A stretch of DNA of 64,000 bases, taken from assembly GCA_963606005.1 (NCBI GenBank), contig CAVCVO010000054.1, forward strand, positions 1,988 through 65,987. Reading direction: 5' to 3'. The DNA is from Anaerovoracaceae bacterium. Its GTDB lineage: Bacteria > Bacillota_I > Bacilli_A > Erysipelotrichales > Erysipelotrichaceae. A program made the translations under genes and the position numbers. The notes under the pieces were generated by a model. It worked only from the letters and a program-made list of their open reading frames with translations. It did not search any database and was not told the DNA's origin. Positions 59,401 to 64,000 of the stretch are shown here, one piece after another. Every line of letters starts with the position of its first letter. The stretch's first letter is position 1.

Positions 59401-59447
59401 AAAGTACTAGGAAGTTTCGGAGTTTGTCGGAAAAACTAGTACTTTAT
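59401..59447. repeat. 47-nt palindromic element, copy B
   Basis: AAAGTACTAG...CTAGTACTTT (10-bp arms), in the same orientation as copy A. Confidence 0.6.
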
Positions 59448-59780
59448 ATTGGCAAATGTGTATACGAGTTGAAAATAATGAACTCTATTTATTTGATTAG
59501 ATCTTCTTACATGATGAGATTATCTAGTGCTTTCTGTAAAACTAATCTTAGATATGATAAGAAGAGGATGGAAAAGGATCGGAGAAAGTGGTAAAGTATA
59601 GTTACTAAATAGAAGAGCAATCCTAACTTTGAAGTAGGGTTGTTGTATCATGTGAAAAGAAAACTTTTGATGGGAGAAAATATGTTAGAATACGAAAATT
59701 AAATGATTATTGTTCAAAATAGTATGACATTATATTTTTATGCTTTTTCATTTGGCAAATACTTATTATAGCATGAATAA

Positions 59781-59809
59781 TAAAAAATAGTGTCCTAATA
59801 GGGGGACAC
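59781..59809 (-). terminator. second minus-strand terminator-like hairpin downstream of the tracrRNA candidate
   Basis: On the minus strand, GTGTCC-CCCTATTA-GGACAC is followed by TATTTTTTA. Confidence 0.45.
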
Positions 59810-59840
59810 AGTCCAAATGGGAAATATGGTACTATATAAG

Positions 59841-59931
59841 AGACAAAAAAACTACCTAATGGTAGTAAATGGCTCCAACGAGCCCGAGAGTTGAATAAAT
59901 TTTTATTTGAACTCGTATTGCTGTTTTAAGC
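59841..59931 (-). ncRNA. candidate tracrRNA
   Basis: On the minus strand, an Sp-like anti-repeat AAAACAGCAAUACGAGUUCAAAU is followed by hairpins GGCUC-GUUG-GAGCC and ACUACC-AUUA-GGUAGU and a U6 tract. A near-consensus promoter lies immediately upstream. Ends are approximate. Confidence 0.55.
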
Positions 59932-59937
59932 AAATAC

Positions 59938-59966
59938 ATATTACTAAAAAATGGAAAGGATGTCAA
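59938..59966 (-). promoter_or_regulatory. near-consensus sigma-A promoter on the minus strand (tracrRNA promoter candidate)
   Basis: On the minus strand, TTGACA (59966-59961), a 17-nt spacer and TAATAT (59943-59938). It overlaps the cas9 SD (GGAAAGGA, 59953-59960). Confidence 0.5.
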
Positions 59967-59967
59967 T

Positions 59968-62900
59968 ATGGGAAAATATTATTTAGGATTGGATATGGGA
60001 ACTGATTCAGTTGGTTGGGCAGTTACTGATGAAGAATTTAACATTGTAAGAAAAGGTGGGAAGTCTCTTTGGGGAGTTAGACTTTTTGATGCTGCTAATC
60101 CTGCTGCTGAAAGAAGAATGAATCGTACTAATAGAAGAAGATTACAAAGAAGAAGACAAAGGATTACATTGTTACAAGAAATATTTTTTGATGAGGTAAA
60201 TAAAGTTGATCCAATGTTTTTTAGAAAGTTAGAATTATCTAAATATCACTTTGAGGATAGACAACAATACTTTAGCAGTAAGACGTTATTGTTTAATGAT
60301 GATGGCTTTACTGATAAAGAATACTTTAAACAGTATCCTACTATTTATCATTTAAGAAAAGCATTAATTGAAGAAGATAAAAAGTTTGACATTCGTCTTA
60401 TATATTTAGCTATTCACCACTTGATCAAGTATAGGGGAAATTTCTTGATGGATGGAGATTTTGATATTAATGGTGATCAATTTGAAAATCAATTAACAAC
60501 TGTTAATGAGGTGATCAAAACTATTAATTCTGAAACAGAATTGGATAGTAATAAAGTTGAGATTGGTCTTTTTGATACTGAAAAAGCAGGCGAAATTCGT
60601 GATGCATTTATTAATGGCGTTGGCATTAAAAGAACAGAGGAAGAACTTTTAAAGGTTATGCCTACTAAAAGTGATTATTTTAAAAAGGTGATTTGTAAAT
60701 TACTTTCTGGTGGAACAGTAAAATGCAAAGATATTTTTGATGGCAGTGAGAAAGAATATGAAACTGATAAAATAAGTTTTTCTTCTGATTTTGATGAGAC
60801 ATTTGAAAAAGTGTGTGAAGAAAACTCAGAAGATAGATTGCATTGTGAATTACTGAAAGAACTGTATAATCTATATAGTATTTTGACATTGAAAAAACTA
60901 CTTAATAATTGTGAATATCTTTGTGATGCTATGTGCAACATCTATGATGAACATAAGAAAGATTTACAAGAGTTAAAAGCATATGTTAATGAGAATTGTC
61001 CTGAAAAGAAAGACAGGATTTTTAGGGAATGTAAAAAAGATCTAAATAATTATGCAAAATATGTAGGATCTAATTCTGTTGGAGGTGAAGTAAAACGTTT
61101 CAGCAAGTGTTCAGCAGAAGATTTTTATAAGTTCTTAAAGAAAGAATTAGATATCGAAAAAGCCTCAAAGAATGATGAATACTTAAGTAAGATAAGTGAA
61201 AAGATGAATAATGGCACATTCTTACAAAAACAAAATTCAACCGGTAATGGCATTTTCCCATATCAATTGAACAAAAAAGAGTTGAAAAAAATAATTGAAA
61301 ACCAATCAAAGTATTATTCTTTCTTCCAAGAATATGATGAAGAAAATGAAATTTCAACAGAAGGTAAAATCATATCATTATTAGAATTCAAGATTCCTTA
61401 TTATGTTGGACCTCTTAATGGCAATAAAGATAGTAATTATTGGATGAAAAGATCAGAAGAAGGAAAGATCTATCCTTGGAACTTTGATAAGAAAGTTGAT
61501 AAAGCAAAGAGTGCTGAAGAGTTTATCCGACGTATGCAAAACAAGTGTACTTATTTGCATGATAAGTTCACTTTACCTAAAGATTCAATAATCTTTCAAA
61601 AGTATGTCATGTACAATACTTTAAATAAAATGAATATAAATGATAAACCAATTACTGTTGAACAAAAGAAGTCAGTTGTTGATGATTTGTTTAACAAAAA
61701 GATAGTTAAGAAAAAGGATTTAGAAGAATATGTCAAGGAAAAATATGGTAATGGAATATTAACAACTTCCACTGGTAAACCTATAGAGACTATTCAGTTC
61801 AATCAAAAGAGCTTACTTGATTTTAATAGGATATTTGGCGAACAGTATGTTAAAGATAATTTAGATACGATAGAAGATATCATTAGAGATATTGCAATAT
61901 TTGAAGATAAAGACATATTGGTAAAAAGACTAAGGACTGAATATAATATTCAAGATGAAAATAAAATCAAGCAAATCAAGAAACTTAAATATAGTGGTTT
62001 TGCCAGATTATCCAAGGAACTTTTATGTGATCTTAAAATTGAAATGGAAAAAGTTGATACAGGAGAGTTGATAGATGCAAGTATCATGTATTTGTTAAAA
62101 AATACTAACATGAACTTAATGGAAATCATTAATTATGATGATAATAGTGGAAAGAAACCATTTATTGAGTTAATAAATGCTGAAAACGATGTTAATAAAT
62201 CAGATAGCGTAGAAGACTTTATTAGTGAACAATATGTTTCTCCGGGCATGAAGAGAGCATTGATTCAAGCTTATAAGATAATTGATGAAATAGAAACTAA
62301 AATTTTAAAACAAAAGATAGATACTTACTTCATTGAATCTACAAGAACAGATAAAGCTGAAAAAGGTAATAAGGGTAGAAAGAACTCTAGATTGGATGAT
62401 TTAAAAGCAAAGTACAAAGAGATTAAAGATATTTGTGAAACGGAGAAGCTAGACGAATTAAGAAATCAATTAGACAAGGATAGTGATGCTGATAAGTATC
62501 GCAGTGATAAGCTTTATTTGTATCTTTTACAGATGGGCAAATCTATGTATTCACAAAAGCCAATTGAGATGAAAGATTTATATGACACAAGTGTTTGTGA
62601 TATCGATCATATTGTTCCACAGTCTATTCTTAAAGATGATAGTATTGAGAACAGGGTTTTAGTATTCCAAGATGAAAATAGAGAAAAGAAAAACATATAT
62701 CCAATCCCAGAAAAATTCCGTACTTCAAAACAAATAGCATTTTATAAAAATCTGAAGAAATATGGATTGATTGGTGAAAAGAAGTACAATCTTTTGACTA
62801 GAAATACTGAATTAACTGAGGATGACATAAATAAATTTGAAGCAAGACAACTTGTTTATACCTCTCAATCTGTTAAAGCATTAGCTGAGACTTTAAGAAA

Positions 62901-64000
62901 GTATAAAGGAGTTGAAGATTCAAATATAGTTCTTGTAAAGGGAGAAAGAGTATCTGAGTTTAGAAAAGAAAATGATATATTAAAATGCCGTTCTATCAAT
63001 GATTTACATCATGCTTATGATGCATATCTAAATGTAGTAGTAGGTCAATGTTTATATAAAAGTGGTGGAAATAGATTAGTTACAAGATCAGCAAAATTAA
63101 AAGAATATGTAGGTAAAGTTAAAGAGCAGATTCAAAAGAGTAATTATCGCCATGATATTTTAGTTACAACTAGACAATATGTTGGATCTTCAATAATGAA
63201 TAAAATATCAATACAACCAAATAAAGATAATGGCTCTTCTAACGCAAAGGAATTATATCCATTAAAGAATTCTGGTGAAATACGTATGGATCCAGAAAAG
63301 TATGGAGGATATACTGCATTATCGAATGGTTACTATTGTGTAGTTAAATCCAAGGATAAAAAAGGAAATGTAATAACATCCATTGAACCAATGCAAACCA
63401 TATTTGTTAAAGTTGACGCACCTATTGAAAAAAAAGAAAAGTATCTTAGAGAAGAAGTGGGCTTAATTGATCCTAAAATTCAAAAAGACAAGGATGGCAA
63501 GTATATTGATAATTTGAAGATCAATTTCATCATCGAAAATGGAAATAGTAGATATTGCATTACCGGGAAAACAAATGATACCCTATTAATAAAGTGTTTG
63601 AATGAGCCCTATTATTCGGATGAGTTTATTCATTCTGTGAAAAAAATAGATAAAATCTTAAATAAAATCACAGAAAATAAATTGAAAATAGAAAAAGGTA
63701 ATTTTGACAAAATCAAAGAAAAAATAAAGGTTACAGATGATGGTAAAACTGTAATTGTAAATACTGCTAATGGATACACAGTAAAAGAAGATGAATTATT
63801 AACTGATTCGGAGATCATTGCTGTGTATGATGCGTTAATTCAACAAATGGGGAAAAATATTTATGAAGCGTATTCTAATTTAAAATCAATTTATAAAGAA
63901 TTGATTAACCAAAAGGATTTGTTTTTAAAATTAAATATTTTTGAAAAAATAAAAGTTGTTACAGAGATAATTAAATTATTATCTTGCAAAAGATTTTCTG
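59968..64000 (+). CDS. cas9: Cas9 (type II CRISPR effector), 3'-partial; absent from the supplied ORF track
   Basis: Manual translation gives 1344 codons with no stop. Motifs found: RuvC-I 'YYLGLDMGTDSVGWAV', bridge helix 'RRMNRTNRRRLQRRRQR', 'IPYYVGPL', RuvC-II 'TYFIESTR', HNH 'CDIDHIVPQS...ENRVLV' and RuvC-III 'INDLHHAYDAYLNVVVG'. Confidence 0.9.
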   Translation, partial: MGKYYLGLDMGTDSVGWAVTDEEFNIVRKGGKSLWGVRLFDAANPAAERRMNRTNRRRLQRRRQRITLLQEIFFDEVNKVDPMFFRKLELSKYHFEDRQQYFSSKTLLFNDDGFTDKEYFKQYPTIYHLRKALIEEDKKFDIRLIYLAIHHLIKYRGNFLMDGDFDINGDQFENQLTTVNEVIKTINSETELDSNKVEIGLFDTEKAGEIRDAFINGVGIKRTEEELLKVMPTKSDYFKKVICKLLSGGTVKCKDIFDGSEKEYETDKISFSSDFDETFEKVCEENSEDRLHCELLKELYNLYSILTLKKLLNNCEYLCDAMCNIYDEHKKDLQELKAYVNENCPEKKDRIFRECKKDLNNYAKYVGSNSVGGEVKRFSKCSAEDFYKFLKKELDIEKASKNDEYLSKISEKMNNGTFLQKQNSTGNGIFPYQLNKKELKKIIENQSKYYSFFQEYDEENEISTEGKIISLLEFKIPYYVGPLNGNKDSNYWMKRSEEGKIYPWNFDKKVDKAKSAEEFIRRMQNKCTYLHDKFTLPKDSIIFQKYVMYNTLNKMNINDKPITVEQKKSVVDDLFNKKIVKKKDLEEYVKEKYGNGILTTSTGKPIETIQFNQKSLLDFNRIFGEQYVKDNLDTIEDIIRDIAIFEDKDILVKRLRTEYNIQDENKIKQIKKLKYSGFARLSKELLCDLKIEMEKVDTGELIDASIMYLLKNTNMNLMEIINYDDNSGKKPFIELINAENDVNKSDSVEDFISEQYVSPGMKRALIQAYKIIDEIETKILKQKIDTYFIESTRTDKAEKGNKGRKNSRLDDLKAKYKEIKDICETEKLDELRNQLDKDSDADKYRSDKLYLYLLQMGKSMYSQKPIEMKDLYDTSVCDIDHIVPQSILKDDSIENRVLVFQDENREKKNIYPIPEKFRTSKQIAFYKNLKKYGLIGEKKYNLLTRNTELTEDDINKFEARQLVYTSQSVKALAETLRKYKGVEDSNIVLVKGERVSEFRKENDILKCRSINDLHHAYDAYLNVVVGQCLYKSGGNRLVTRSAKLKEYVGKVKEQIQKSNYRHDILVTTRQYVGSSIMNKISIQPNKDNGSSNAKELYPLKNSGEIRMDPEKYGGYTALSNGYYCVVKSKDKKGNVITSIEPMQTIFVKVDAPIEKKEKYLREEVGLIDPKIQKDKDGKYIDNLKINFIIENGNSRYCITGKTNDTLLIKCLNEPYYSDEFIHSVKKIDKILNKITENKLKIEKGNFDKIKEKIKVTDDGKTVIVNTANGYTVKEDELLTDSEIIAVYDALIQQMGKNIYEAYSNLKSIYKELINQKDLFLKLNIFEKIKVVTEIIKLLSCKRFS

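Noticed and set aside
58928-59447. The palindromic elements as integron attC sites flanking a gene cassette.
   Set aside because: There is no integron integrase or attI in the window. The arms do not show the RYYYAAC/GTTRRRY core sites, and only one cassette is present. The observation is kept as an unexplained repeat finding only.
59349-59967. A CRISPR array or leader in the large non-coding region upstream of cas9.
   Set aside because: There is no set of regularly spaced short repeats. The only repeats are two 47-nt palindromes 426 nt apart with a gene between them. The single Sp-repeat-like segment (about 59905-59931) is better explained as the tracrRNA anti-repeat, with its own promoter and terminator on the opposite strand.
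60675-63818. Minus-strand ORFs listed inside the last 4 kb (60675-60941, 60680-60889, 61100-61357, 63630-63818).
   Set aside because: They lie antisense to an uninterrupted reading frame of at least 1344 codons carrying full Cas9 motifs. Their products are low-complexity Ser/Leu/Phe-rich, and none has an RBS. They are artefacts of AT-rich coding DNA.

Overview
This 64-kb window comes from a low-G+C, Firmicute-like chromosome. It uses the standard code (TGA is a stop, for example at 3138-3140) and GGAGG-type ribosome-binding sites. A gut Erysipelotrichales/Clostridia-type origin is only an inference.

Most of the window is carbohydrate-utilisation accessory DNA:
- Three mannose-family PTS loci lie at 2646-5181, 20938-23497 and 27782-29829.
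- Two LicR/MtlR-type PRD regulators, two NagA-type deacetylases and two neutral-ceramidase-like paralogues accompany them.
- Three tandem single-SIS (UPF0309-like) genes sit at 24736-26910.
- A visibly more G+C-rich rhamnoside/rhamnose island spans 36192-48320: AraC regulator, GPH symporter, GH78, PAP2, GH3, rhaB, an AraA/FucI-like isomerase and rhaD.

Housekeeping genes are interspersed: murA, ptsH, pgcA, rplM-rpsI, EIIA-Glc, tgt-queA-queH, tRNA-Asn and galE.

The strongest result is at the 3' end. An uninterrupted cas9 reading frame of at least 1344 codons (59968 to the window edge) is absent from the supplied ORF track. Immediately upstream on the opposite strand is a well-formed candidate tracrRNA, whose near-consensus promoter overlaps the cas9 start region.

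Other items worth follow-up:
- a tightly packed NERD / large multi-HTH / small-protein trio (16103-19443) appended to a housekeeping operon;
- the repeated pairing of ceramidase-like genes with PTS, PRD-regulator and NagA genes;
- an in-frame MFS-GH2 fusion at the left edge;
- a pair of 47-nt palindromic elements bracketing an ASCH gene next to the CRISPR-Cas locus.

All functional calls rest on motif recognition by eye. No database search was run.
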